From: Octopus sinensis
Taxonomy: Eukaryota
Assembly (NCBI RefSeq): GCF_006345805.1
Contig: NC_043015.1
Location: 38,998,001 to 39,062,000 of the forward strand
Direction of reading: 5' to 3'
Length of the DNA: 64,000 nucleotides
The notes under the pieces were generated by a model. The model searched no databases. It worked only from the letters and a program-made list of their open reading frames with translations, and was not told the DNA's origin. Shown here piece by piece: positions 49,925 through 62,559 of this stretch. A program made the position numbers and the translations under genes. Numbering within the stretch: the stretch's first letter is position 1; every line of letters starts with the position of its first letter.

Positions 49925-50797
49925 CGAGTCCCTTCAGAGAAAACCAGAATCAATAAAATGGTGCTGACAACATAATAACGTGTGTCACTCCGATCACCAT
50001 ATTCCTTGATAATTAAAACTTATTTAATTATATGTTCGGTGACAACAAAAACCACCACCACCCATTCTTTGACGCATCAGACGATACTGATGGCAATCCT
50101 AGGCACAATGCATGAAATTAAGAGTGGAATGGCTTTGATCAGAGGTCTGCGCAGTTGAAATATACATGAAACTAAACAGCTAATCCAGTGTAATCGGAAA
50201 TAAATGCTAAAGGGGGAACTATATCAGCTGTTGTCAAAGACTGGGTCTGCAATCTCACCATCATGCATTTGTAAGTATACTTAGATAAAAACTCCTCCCA
50301 GCTGGACCGTCAGCAATAATTAATCAATTCTTGACTTTCAATGAAAATATTAAAAACTTAAATTACCACTAACGATACAACACGATTTCTGTGTGATGTG
50401 GCGATTAAGAACAATGAGGGGGGGGGAGTTATTTGGAAGAAACAAAAACTTCCTTAATGAAAACAACGAAATGTAAATGACCGAAGTGTAATTTTTCCCA
50501 AATCCATAAAAACTTTAATTAGTTATTTAAATCATAATAATTATTTTTAGTAAAATAAACAAAAAAAAAAGGAGGGGGGATTAGTATATTTTTCCGATTA
50601 GATTTGGTGTATTTAATAAAATGATAACATAGCTAATACAAACAGTTGGATTAAAGATACAAAGGACTCACTCCATCCTTGCCACCCACCCCCAAAAGCA
50701 ATATTTCCCCCCGCAACAGAAAGCACAAGTAACTTTACGTCCAGGGAGACTTTCCAGTTATTCCAGAAATATAAATAAGGGTCTTAAAGCGAGATAC

Positions 50798-50837
50798 CTT
50801 GGTCCTGACTCTGACTTTCTTCTTTCGTTGGCGCCAT
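50798..50837 (-). CDS. POLA1: POLA1 exon 1 (MAPTKEESQSQDQ)
   Basis: GCCATGG Kozak context; phase-1 donor GTATCT matches exon 2; MAP start as in human POLA1. Confidence 0.85.
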
Positions 50838-50852
50838 GGCGACTTGAATTAT

Positions 50853-50861
50853 GGCGCGAAA
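50853..50861 (-). promoter_or_regulatory. E2F binding site TTTCGCGCC
   Basis: Plus strand GGCGCGAAA, 16-24 nt upstream of the ATG; POLA1 is an established E2F target in animals. Confidence 0.65.
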
Positions 50862-51469
50862 TATAGATGGCACTGCAGTCAACAAGCAGTTACTTCCCCA
50901 TATACGGTGTACTTTACGAGATTGTATCCAGTTATAATAAGGCCATCATTCTGTCAACCCCCGTTTGCGCTCTCTAAGCTAAACAGTGGAATTGGTTCAA
51001 TTAATTGTTCCTGTCCTCTACAAGAGTGTACCCTGGTGTATATATGGCCACTCATTTTTGCATAGTTTTCATTTGACATAAAGTCAATGTTTTTCAAGTA
51101 AAATAATAGTACATTTACTGGGGCATTTATTCAAAACATTTTCATTATTCTAAATATTAAAGTTATAAAAAGTCGTAAATCCGCACAAAATATTGTTTGA
51201 CCTAAAAATATTTGCGTCGTCAAGTAAAATAACATCGATTCACCTGACTTGTCTGTATTTATAGTTTGTTATCGTGTAATAAAATCTTCCAAAACACCCC
51301 CTTTTTTTAGCCAACAACACGTTCTTTTTCACGACATAACCACTCAATTTATAATTGAAAAATACTTTGTTGCGACTGGAGGAAAAGGTAGAAGAAAGTG
51401 TTAGAATAACAGAAAAGGAGGAATAAAATATAAACATGTGTATAGCTATATTATAAACACATGTATTAT

Positions 51470-51471
51470 GC

Positions 51472-51541
<70 letters not shown>

Positions 51542-51800
51542 GGAAACCACTATGTGGACACCCTTATGCTAGAAATAGATCCGCTATATATATACATCAA
51601 TGTGAGTTTTAGGGGTGGGAAGAGAGTGAAAGAAAAAGAAGGGCGGAGTAGGTGGAGAGAGAAGTAGATATATTGAGGAATAAACAATGTGAAAACAAAC
51701 GAGAGAGAGAGAGAGAGAGAAATAGATAGATAGAAAGAGAGAAGGAGTGAGAAATAGATAAAGAGGAACAGAGAGAGAGAGAGAGAGAAAGAGGGGGAGG
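51470..51800. repeat. (TA)n tract plus GA-rich polypurine tract upstream of POLA1
   Basis: Direct reading. Confidence 0.9.
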
Positions 51801-53089
51801 GAGCGTGTGTGTGGTTTCTCCGTCGACATTCATTTAAGTGAGATGTCATTTTTCGAGTGATCAGTGATCGAGGCGAACCTTTCACTGTCGACCGATTCCA
51901 GTCCAAGTTCTTCTTCATCGATATATAAAACGGTAAATAATTTCCCCCCGAAGCCAGGCGGTGACATCTTTTCAAGTGTTTGAGTCTGATGTTGTTGCGG
52001 AGTGACGTGGACGAGAAACTGATTCAGAAGAGACAACGGATCTCCGCTCTTACCTGGTAAAATACACTCTACACCCACTTCTTCTTCTTACCTTTAATTG
52101 CCCTTTATTTATTTGACCTTTTTTTCATTGCCAACAGCAAGAATTCCCCCCCCCCCCAACACAAGAACCGACTACCAGCCACCCCCAAAGGGAGATATGT
52201 CTCTCTCTGTGTTTCTGTGTATAATATTAATTACAAAACCCATTTCTGCCAAACCATCTTTTTTGGTATTTCTGGTGGCCAGCACTTTTCTTTCTAAACA
52301 ACACTGGATGACGAGGCAGTTGTTTGTTTATAGATTAATCGTCCTTTATCCATCACCAGACACCCAGACACGAACTTACACACACAGATACCCGTCTGTA
52401 TACACCCACACACACACAGACACACAGACCTAGAATTTGTGTTTTTATTTCGGGTTCTGCCTGTCCATACATTGTTTGTATCTGTTTTATTTATTTGCTT
52501 TCTTTCCCAAATATGCTTTTATTGTTTTGATTGTTTTCTAAACTGACATGTTGGCCATCATATCCTTAAAAAAAATAATAATAACGAAATTATTCGATCC
52601 TTTAGATCCCTTCCTTTAAACACATCAGTCTCTGGATTTCCGAAAATTATTCCTCGACAACTTTCAGTTTACGTCGGACGCTCCGTTCGGAAACACCAAC
52701 AACAATCGTAATGTTTATTTACCAAAACAAAACCCATTATTAGCTTCTGTTTCGCAAGGCAGCAATCCCTAATTGAAAGAAACCCAATGTGCAACTTGAT
52801 ATGAGTGAAGTGTAGGATGCCAAAAATGTCTAAAAATAATAACACGAACATTCTTCTTCGTAGTGTATTGAGGGGGATGAAAGTGGGGTCTATACGGATG
52901 TTTATTATTATTAACGACGTAGACGAAGCCCAATGTCCACCAGGGCCTCGGAATCTGGAAACAGGATGTTATCTGTAAATAAGATCGAATTATTAAAGAC
53001 CGTATGTGTTATAGGGGAGGGTGTTTGCTAGGGTTAATTGGTATTGCCCCAGCATGACTACAGCCACGTTGCTGAAACGAATAAAAGGA

Positions 53090-54070
53090 ACTGTTAATTG
53101 GTATTTATTTTATTGACCCTTGGTAAATGGAAAGCGAAGTTGATTTCAATAGAATCGAAACTCAGAACGTAAAACGATTTAATAGAAATACCAAAAATAC
53201 CGCAAAGCCTTTCTTTTGCTGCTCCACTGATTATTTCATGCAATAATGATAATAATGGCACGACGCCAAATTTACAAAGGAGAGGCATAATTGAATAAAT
53301 AGACAATGATAATATTAATAATAATAATAATAATGAGGATGATTTCAAGGGCAGCTTGTGTGTGTGTGTGTTGTGGGGTTAAGTCGATTACATCGATTCC
53401 AGTGTGTAACTGGTACTTATTTAATCGACCTCGAAAGGATGAAAGGCAAAGTCGACCTCGGCGGAATTTGAACTCAGGGTGGAAAGACAGACGAAATACT
53501 GCTAAGCATTTTGCCCGGCGTGCTAACGATTCTGCCAGCTTGCCTCCTTAATCTGAGACCCCTTTCGGTCGCGACACTGACCATGGGATTGCACCTAGAA
53601 AGTTACCCTCCCGGGTACAAGTGCCTCCTTAATAATAATAATGATTATTACAAATTTTGGCACAATGCCAGTAATTTTGAGGGAAGGGACTAAGTCGATT
53701 ACATCGACCCCAGTCCTCAACTGGTACTTATTTCATCGACCCCGAAAAGGATGAAAAGCAAAGTCGACCTCGGTGCCATTTGAACTCAGAACATTAATGA
53801 GTCAGAAGAAATACCGCAAAGCACTTTTTTCTCCCCCCCCCCTAACAGTTCTGTCAACTCGCCACCTTAATAATAATTCTTCCTGCTACATGCACAAGGC
53901 CTTACAATTTGGGGGCACAGGTTAGTCGATGCCAATACTTGACTGGTACTTTGTCGACCTCGAAAGGGAGACAAAGCAAAGTTGACCTCGGCGGGATTTG
54001 AACTCAGGACGTAGAGGGGTGCAGTAAATAGTACAAGGCATTTTGTTCGACGCAGTGGAATCATTAACGA
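53090..54070 (-). mobile_element. Head-to-tail chain of four SINE family A copies
   Basis: Repeated cores near 53110, 53440, 53750 and 53970, mostly separated by (TAA)n linkers. Confidence 0.8.
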
Positions 54071-54368
54071 TTCTAATTTCCATTCGGTTAATAATGATGT
54101 CATTCTTACATGACACAAGATGACATATTTGTAAGAATGGGGTGTACTCAGCCAAGACGATTCCTTCCTACATTCATACATACATACATACATGTATGTA
54201 TGGATGTCATTATTCAATTTATTTCAAGACGTCTTGCCAATAGAGTAAGAACCGGTTTCTAACCTAGATCCAAGACTCCTAATTTCAACATCAACAACAG
54301 GGTATTTTCGTTTGTATGTCATTATTCAGTTTATTTCAAGATTTCCGGTCAGTCGGTCAGTCAGTCAG

Positions 54369-54896
54369 TATGTATGTATGTATGTATGTATGTATGTGTG
54401 TATGTATGTGTGTATGTATGTATGTATGTATGTATGTATGTATGTGTGTATGTATGTATGTATGTATGTATGTATGTATGTGTGTATGTATGTATGTATG
54501 TATGTATGTATGTGTGTATGTATGTATGTATGTATGTATGTATGTATGTGTGTATGTATGTGTGTTTGTATGTATGTATGTATGTGTGTATGTATGTATG
54601 TGTGTATGTGTGTATGTATGTATGTGTGTATGTATGTGTGTATGTGTGTATGTATGTATGTGTATGTATGTATGTATGTACGTATGTATGTACGTATGTA
54701 TGTATGTTTGTGTGTGTGTATGTATGTATGTACGTATTTATGTGTGTATTTATGTATATATGTATGTGTGTGTATGTATGTATGTATGTATGTATGTGTG
54801 TGTATGTATGTGTGTGTGTATGTATGTGTGTGTGTATGTATGTATGTGTGTGTATGTGTGTATGTATGTATGTATGTTTGTATGTATGTATGTATC

Positions 54897-54933
<37 letters not shown>

Positions 54934-54970
54934 GTATGTATGTGTATGCATGCATGCGTGTGTGTGTGTG
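54369..54970. repeat. ~600-bp compound (TATG)n/(TG)n microsatellite
   Basis: Direct reading; explains several long spurious ORFs. Confidence 0.98.
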
Positions 54971-55060
54971 TTCAGGCTAAATCTAACAGTTTGCATAAAA
55001 GGAAAAGGAAACAATTTCCCCTCCAAGAATAAAAGTATTTTAAGAATTAGAAAATATAAA

Positions 55061-55490
55061 CTAGATTATGTGGGGGGAAATAACAGTGTAATCAAAGTCG
55101 CCGCCCTCAACTTCCACCACGGCCTCCAGACGGCTGTGGAACCTGGCGCATGCATTCCTCGCTGTATCCTTGGGAAGATCCTCAAAGACCTCCTTTACCT
55201 TGGTTACCAGTTCGGCCTTCGTGCTGCAGGCAGAGCGGTTGGGATCTTTCTCAACCATGCTCCACACATAGTAATCCATAGGATTACTGCCGAGGGTGTT
55301 AGAAGGCCAGAAATTGGGACGGGTTAAGCTGTAGGAATTCTCCGACAACCACTTCTGTTTCTTTCCTGAGGAATTATTGCATGGTGCCAAAACCTAGTAC
55401 CACACATATGGCTTTCCAATACCAAGCCTCTCCAGCCAGGAATTGACCACAATCCCCAGCAGTTCACGTAGCTGTCTTAATTGAGCCTCG
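55061..55490 (-). mobile_element. Tc1/mariner transposase C-terminal remnant (maT/DD37D-like)
   Basis: PYVW...APC...QKWLSEN...FWP.N....NPMDYYVW...ACARFHSRLEAVVEVEGG with a frameshift. Confidence 0.85.
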
Positions 55491-55789
55491 TTCAAAGATG
55501 CGGTGCTGCGTGGTGTTACCCTCACTGCAGACACATCCATGGACCATCGCAGTTTTGGAGAACTTGGTTTTCATGATAGGTGAGGCATCATATGGGTTGT
55601 AGACAAGTGTTGAGCATCAGTCATGAATTCGGCATTTTGATATCCGGCGGGAATCATCGTGATATAGGTAGCTATTTCCCAATATTCAGATAGTTTCCAG
55701 TTCTCCATGTCAGCTAACTTTTTTTTTTTATCAATAACTTTCATTTTTATGATCTCCAACATCATTGAATGTGCACAAATACATTAAGT

Positions 55790-56068
55790 TGTTCCTGGGT
55801 CTCTTTTGCCGAACCGCTAAGTTACAGGGACGCAAGCACACCAACAGTGGTTGTCAGGCGATGGTGGGGTGGGACAAACACAGACACAGAGATACATGCA
55901 TACATACACACACACACTCACTCACGACGGGCTCCTTTCAGTTTCTGTCCACCAAATCCACTCACAAAGCCTTGGTCAGCCCGAGGCCATTGTAGAAAAC
56001 ACTTGCCCTAGGTGCCATGCAGTGGGACTGAACCCAGAACCATGTGGTTGGTAAGCGAGCTTCTTACC
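55790..56068 (-). mobile_element. SINE family B, partial
   Basis: Head and core present. Confidence 0.85.
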
Positions 56069-56702
56069 ACCCATCATACTGGTATGTATTTTGACGATTC
56101 CTGAATGATAAAAGATAAGGTCGACCTCAGTAGAAAACACAAAGGCAATATAAATAGAAACATTAATAATAATTACAATTGTTTGTAGTTTGTAAATAAT
56201 TATTTCTAACAGAGGCAGCACGAGACATTTGGAGCGAGGGAAGGAGCGGGGCCTCCTACTAACGGCTGTTTTATTTAACATCGACACAGAAAGCATGAAA
56301 GGTCACATATCTTGTAATAAATTTGTGTATGTTTATTACAGTGGAGTGCGTTGGTTTGGATAAGTTTGTAGGTCTTGCGGAACAGTGTGACATTTTGGAA
56401 AGGTTGGCTCTGAGAGAGAGAGGGAGAAGGAGAGATAGACAGAGACGTGCTGCTAAAAAAAGCGTTTCTTTTACTAAAGTCACAGACCTCGAAACGTTTC
56501 ACCTACTTTCACCTTGGTGCCATGGCTCACCCTCAGTTTCCTTGTAGAAGTTTTATCCCTCATGAAAATCATGAATCGAAATTTGGTGGATTGGTGAAAA
56601 ACGAAATTAATAATGTATATATAATAACGCTTTCCCTGATTAAAAGTAATGAGCAGTGTAAATATATTAATTATCAAAAATATATTTGGGTTCTGACTGA
56701 TA

Positions 56703-56707
<5 letters not shown>

Positions 56708-56757
<50 letters not shown>
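56708..56757. repeat. (CT)n microsatellite
   Basis: Direct reading. Confidence 0.95.
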
Positions 56758-56761
<4 letters not shown>

Positions 56762-57748
56762 TTAAATCAGAGAGAGTGAGGTCTTGTTTGTGATCTTAGC
56801 CATCCAAACTGGTGATGTCCAGTTCCGACTCTCACGTGTCGATATCTGTTGGAACAAGAACATAATTCCTGAGGGCTGTAATTCTATGATGAAAAATGGG
56901 CAGGAAGGTAGATTACTGCAGAAATAGTGGGTCTTGGAGAGACAAACGTCGTAAATGTACCTGGTGAAAGGTGAGACGCAACTTGCTAGTCAAAGGCCAC
57001 CTTTGAGGCGGTTTCTCCAGAAGCAAAATGGTGGCTGTTTACCTGAAGCCGGACCCCGCTCCGCTAGACATCTAGTTCTCTGTTTCATCACACGAAACAC
57101 TTTACTAACAGACAAGGGAGTTTCTATATCTTGCTCGACCTGTTAGAAATAATAACTAAATCTCCCTCAAACTACACTTTGCAATCTTAGAATTGGGTAC
57201 ATTGGTTAATGGAGTGAGAATTAGACTATTCTTGAGAGCAAGACGGTATTGTGTCTTGAGATTGAGCATAGATTTATCTGCTCGATCTGGGTCAACAATA
57301 TGGGATTAAAGAGCAATACAAAACCCTGGGAAATAATTGGGACTCACTTGCCAAACAAGTACAGCTCTGAAGTAAGGTTTATATTTTCTGAAACCAGGAG
57401 GGAAAAACGGAGTAAAATCGTTACAATCTCATATCGAAACCAGCTAAAAAATGGTGATGAGAGTGAGAGGTTGTGAGGTTTATGCCTTATCTATGGACAT
57501 TATAGGGTGAAGTGAGTTCAAATAAGAATGGAAAACGAGGTGCTTACTCAGTTATTTCTAAAGTTTCGAAAGTTTACTAAATTATAACAAGATGTTTAAA
57601 CTTCTCTGGCAATTTTACCTTCAAATTTCTGTTTCTTAAGGTTCGCTGACAACGATGGAAAATCAAAGAGTTTTCACTTTTTGACCCAACATTTTCCCAT
57701 CCAAGCAGCCCAGGTAGAATTTTTGTCATTGCCACTCTTTTATCCTAG

Positions 57749-58142
57749 TCTCTCTCTATATATAAAGCTGAAGTTGTCTGTGTGTGGCAGGTTTGGTAGC
57801 CTTCAACTAACACTATCTTCTCAGAGACCCTGCAGCGCAAGTTGCCCAAAATTGAGAGTATGATAGAAGAAGGTTTGCTCTTCATTCCGTAGAAGATAAA
57901 ATTCAAATCGGACCATGTTAACACCAAAAATTATTTAAATCAAAAAGGTGCCTTTTTTCTATGAAAATCCCTAATTTTTACGATGTTTTGACTGCTGTGT
58001 CGCCATTTTTCAGTGTATTTCAACCAGAAAATGGTTCACTCAAAGAGAATAACAAGCTACATAATGCAAAATGTTTACTTTTCAAAAATTCCAATTCTAA
58101 AGGGTCGAAACAAACCCGAGCAACGCCGGGCAATACTGCTAG
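57749..58142 (+). mobile_element. Non-autonomous Helitron
   Basis: 5' TC(TC)TATATATAAAG; 3' hairpin CCCGAGCAACGCCGGG (58115-58130) then CTAG followed by T. The 5' boundary may be 57743. Confidence 0.8.
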
Positions 58143-58814
58143 TTTTTAATACGATGTAGATAGGTTTTTATCGCAATATTTTAAGTAACCACAGATACAC
58201 ACACCCCTGTTTCTCAAAATGCTTGAACTGTTTTTAGCAACGATTACCCATTCCTTTATAGCTAGGAGAGCCATATTCTCATTTATAAAGGATTTTGCTA
58301 TCATCTTGTGGTATCTCGCCTAACAATAGTTATGTTCTGCCACGAAAACACTCCAGCTCTGGTCTTACATAATTCAAAAGTAAACGTCTTCCTTTTTGAT
58401 CTTATCTTATTGTTTTCCCTTTTCTGAATAGGAAATTATTTTTAACTGACTCAAACTGAATGGTTCGATCACCTTTAGACTATTAATTTCAAGTACTTTT
58501 TATCTGATGCCTCGTATCTTGTGACAATGAAATATTTTTGATCTAATTCTGAAATCCTATCCTCTTGCTTTATCGTTTGCTGTTGTAAAAATATGACTGA
58601 TTTGTTGTCTCTGGTCGCTTATCAGATCCTCCTAAATACATTGTTTTATTGGAGTCTGACGCATCACCCCCAGCCCCACGATGCTTTTTTTGGTTTTTTT
58701 TTTTTAGCTCAAGGTCAGCAGCAATGATCGAACAGACCCCACATGATGGAAGGTTTTCAACTATGACCATCCCGACTTTTATTCAATGCTTTTAATACTA
58801 TATTATCAAAGGTG

Positions 58815-58844
58815 ACCTATATCTATGTATATACATATATAGTA

Positions 58845-58881
<37 letters not shown>

Positions 58882-58976
58882 TATTTATATATATGTATGT
58901 ATTTATGTATATCTATATGTATGTATGTATATCTGTATGTATGTATGTATTTATGTATATATATATATATATACAT

Positions 58977-59009
<33 letters not shown>

Positions 59010-59027
59010 CACATATATGTATGTATA

Positions 59028-59065
<38 letters not shown>

Positions 59066-59166
59066 TATACATATATATTTATATATATGTATGTATTTAT
59101 GTATGTCTATATGTATGTATGTATATCTGTATGTATGTATGTATTTATGTATATATATATATACAT

Positions 59167-59199
<33 letters not shown>

Positions 59200-59223
59200 C
59201 ACACATATATGTATGTATTTATG

Positions 59224-59268
<45 letters not shown>

Positions 59269-59270
59269 CC
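58815..59270. repeat. Complex TA/TATG/CA/TG microsatellite with ~194-bp higher-order duplication
   Basis: The same pattern of interruptions recurs from about 58868 and about 59062. Confidence 0.9.
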
Positions 59271-60660
59271 GTGTGATGTTATGAATGAGATTCGGTTGCT
59301 GTTTCTCGTGTAGGTCATGCGACCACATAGAGTTTGCCTTATCATCAACCTATCTCATGATGCCACTAACGATTGCTGACTAAGAAGGACATGACGGGGG
59401 CGGGGGGCGGGGGGCGGCGGCTTCGTCGTCGTCGTGGTTACAATATGCTCAACTTGTTTACACAGAAACTTAACATTTGTAGGATCTGTAGTTGTGAGTT
59501 AATTAATGGTGGTGGGTGTGTTTTAGAAGAACCTGGGAGTAATTAAGTTTAATACAATTAGAGAGAGGTGAGAGGGGGGTTAAACCCATCAATCGTTGTT
59601 GCGGTATGTTGGCAATTGACGCCGGTGAAGCACGTAACTGGGTTCCTTAGAAATGTTTGAACCTCGTAATTATGAAACGAAGATATAATCCGCAATATAC
59701 ACGTTTATATTATTTGTAAGACAATTCATTTATCGTACTTCATTCGCTGACGCTGTAGGTTCAAGTCCAGATATATTTGTTTTTGGTTTGATAAGAAAAT
59801 AAGATCGTAGTGGACTGTATTAAAAGCTTTTTACCAAACCGAGTTGTAATATAGCGAAATAATGCTTTATACATAGATTATATGATTGCCGATTATATTT
59901 TCAAATATAAAAAGATTGTTTAGCTTTTGTCGTAATGATGAAATAAAATAAAAAAAGGGTTGATTTTTCGTGCCGGGGTACTTGTAAACATTAACCCAAA
60001 TAATAAGTAACAAACCATAAATTGGTAGAGGTGACAAGTATTACAAAGATTATAATTTCCAGGGCACGTTTTCGCCCATATCTGCCCCCTCAGTTCTATC
60101 TATACAGATTTTACATCATCTCAAGCATCAATCGCTTCAGAAAAAGTTCAATTTCAAAAGAAATTACGTATTTCTTGGTTTTCTTATAAAAAAAAAAATT
60201 CCCAACAATCTTTGAGATGTGTAAAGTGTGTTCTTGTTGTTTTAATATCAGAATATGGTGAAACTACGATTATGAGATATCAAAAATAGAAATACCCAAA
60301 GTAAGTGCAGAGCATGTATTTAAGTCTCTTGTTTATTTATTTCACTATAACAGTTTTTCTTTATTACCTTATAAAAAGGATACATAGAGGGGACAAACAA
60401 GGTCAGACAAGGGACATATAGGGGTCAGACACGCTCGTTATATGATTTGAAAGCGTATGGGTTTATAATTACGCAGACGAATGATTTAGAGTTTAAAAAT
60501 ATAAATGGTAGCAGACACATTAAGGACTGATTTCATTTAATAGTTCTCTTCTCTTTACTGAATTTTCACCGGATTTTATACCGAAAATGCAAGATCTTTA
60601 TGCGAGATTGCAAACGATTCATTTAGAGGCGCAAGTCTGAATTAAGAACTAATAAGCGGG

Positions 60661-61096
60661 GACTGAGGGCTGTTCCTTGGAGGACCCCTACCCAGAATTC
60701 TTCACTATACTCATTGCCAACCCTCACCTTACTGATAGCATCCCTGTACATGGCTTGTACAGTTTGATCCGGGGACCCTGTTAAAGGCTTTCTCCATGTC
60801 AACGAAAGCCAGGTACAGAGGTTTATCTTTGGCTACGTATTTCTCCTGCAGCTGTCTTATAAGAAATATAGCATCAATGGTGCTTCTCCCTGGTACAAAC
60901 CCAAGCTGCATCTTGTCTAAACTGTCTCCCTAATTAGTTGGGCTATGACCCCCTTCATGGTTTTCATTACCTGATCCAACAACTTGATACCTCTGTAATT
61001 ATTCGTATCTATTGCCTCACCTTTACCTTTATAGCACTTGACTCTGGTGCTGCTACACCTGTCATTGGGTGTGACTCCTTCGTGTACCACCTGGTC
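60661..61096 (-). mobile_element. RTE-clade RT fragment, same family as 43459-45045
   Basis: QLGFVPGRSTIDAIFLIRQLQEKYVAKDKPLYLAFVDMEKAFNRVP. Confidence 0.9.
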
Positions 61097-61109
61097 ATTT
61101 TCTTTTTTC

Positions 61110-61385
61110 CAAGTCCAGTACTTATTCTATCTATCAGTCTCTTTTGCTGAACTACTAAGTTACAAGGACATAAACACATCAACACTGGTTATGAAGCGAT
61201 GGGGGGGGGGGGACAAGCATAGACACAAAGACACACACACATTGATATATATAGATATGACAGGCTTCTTTCAGTTTCCGTCTACCAAATCCACTTGCAA
61301 GGCTTTATCCAAGGCTATAGTAGAAGACACTTGCCCAAGATGCCACACACTGGGACTGAACCCGGGTCTGTGTGGTTGGGAAGCC
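61110..61385 (-). mobile_element. SINE family B, partial, fused to an RTE fragment
   Basis: Family B body directly abuts the RT fragment at about 61096. Confidence 0.8.
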
Positions 61386-62559
61386 TCTTAGCCTAACAAG
61401 ATGTAAAACAAATCTATATTTGCTTCTTTTACTTTTAATTTCTTGTCTCTTGCATTCTTCTTTCTCTTCTTTCTTACCCCCTCTCTCTCCTTCTCTTTCT
61501 CTTTCTCTCTCTCTCTTTCCTCCCTCTCACACAATCTTACTCATTAGCCAACAACTCCAACATTGTAATTTTTCAAAAAAACTTTATTCTTTGACTCCTC
61601 TTACCGATTCCCTTCAGCTACTGACTCACTTCTATGCTTTTTAGTCCTATACACCAATGCGAGATGTCTTCTCAAGACAAATACTGCAGTACTGAACACT
61701 GCTCTTACAGGGTATCCATGTTAAGTTAGATATACAAATTACTTCTCTTTACATTACTTTCCCCTCAGCAAAAAAAACCTCACCTCTCCATCAAATATCC
61801 ATTAATTGTTCTTTCTTGGTATTCAATAAAATAGGTCTTTTATTTTCCATTTTATTCTAGTTTGAAATGGTAGCAGTTGATTTTCCCCCCAAACTGCAAT
61901 ATCCAGTTATGACTGCACACTTTGCTATGTCCGTAGTTTGACTTTTTCAATTGAACTTTCATTATTTAAAGAAAAAAAAAGTACCTGGAAATATTTTGTG
62001 CATTACTTCACTATAATAGCTATGTTTTGACCCTGACTGAGTCAACAGAAGCCTATTATTAACTAACGTAACATCAAATAGCAATTTAATAGTTATTCTT
62101 TAATAGTTAAATCAAGATTCATCTTATATTCTTATTTAGAATTTTTAATATTTATTTCGAGAGCAATGCATTTACTTCTCATTCAAGAGTAAAGCACCAA
62201 GACTTGAGTCTGGAAATTCCTTTTTGTGATAGAAAATATGTGAAGAAACTGTTCTTAAATAAACCAAAGCTGGTTTATTTGGTACTGGTCAAAGAGTTAA
62301 CAGTTTATATTGTCATTGATTCTGTTCTGTGTCAACTGACTCTGTCCAACCATCTGTAAATAAGATGTTACATGGGTGTGTGTATGGGTGCATGTGTGTT
62401 TGTGTGTCTAGAATTGGAGGGTTTTAAAATCATTGTTCTATTTGTTTTTTGTTTTTTTACTGAAGTCTTCATAGATATCTAGAGTAGATAATGGCAGCTA
62501 CTCCCTTGAATTCTCCTTGGAAGGGTCTACTATGTTAGGTAAACTCTTCCTCTCATGCA

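Noticed and set aside
49960-50350. Possible intronic C/D snoRNA (ATGATGG...CTGA on the minus strand); human POLA1 hosts a scaRNA
   Set aside because: Box C is imperfect, there is no convincing terminal stem, and I recognise no rRNA or snRNA complement; an Infernal search would be needed.
50790-50797. Intron 1 donor GTATCT as a possible U12-type site
   Set aside because: It reads GTATCTCGC, not the U12 consensus RTATCCTTT.
51830-52078. 82-aa minus-strand ORF upstream of POLA1
   Set aside because: GTG start, no recognisable homology, and it crosses a strong splice donor.
54312-55327. Long ORFs of 196-317 aa (MYVC/HTYI repeats)
   Set aside because: They are translations of the (TATG)n/(TG)n microsatellite; there is no coding signal.
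56780-57146. Open, CpG-containing stretch with possible splice sites as an exon of a neighbouring gene
   Set aside because: No frame gives a recognisable protein and phases cannot be linked to other exons.
58806-59348. Several overlapping YI/VC-rich ORFs
   Set aside because: Microsatellite artefacts.
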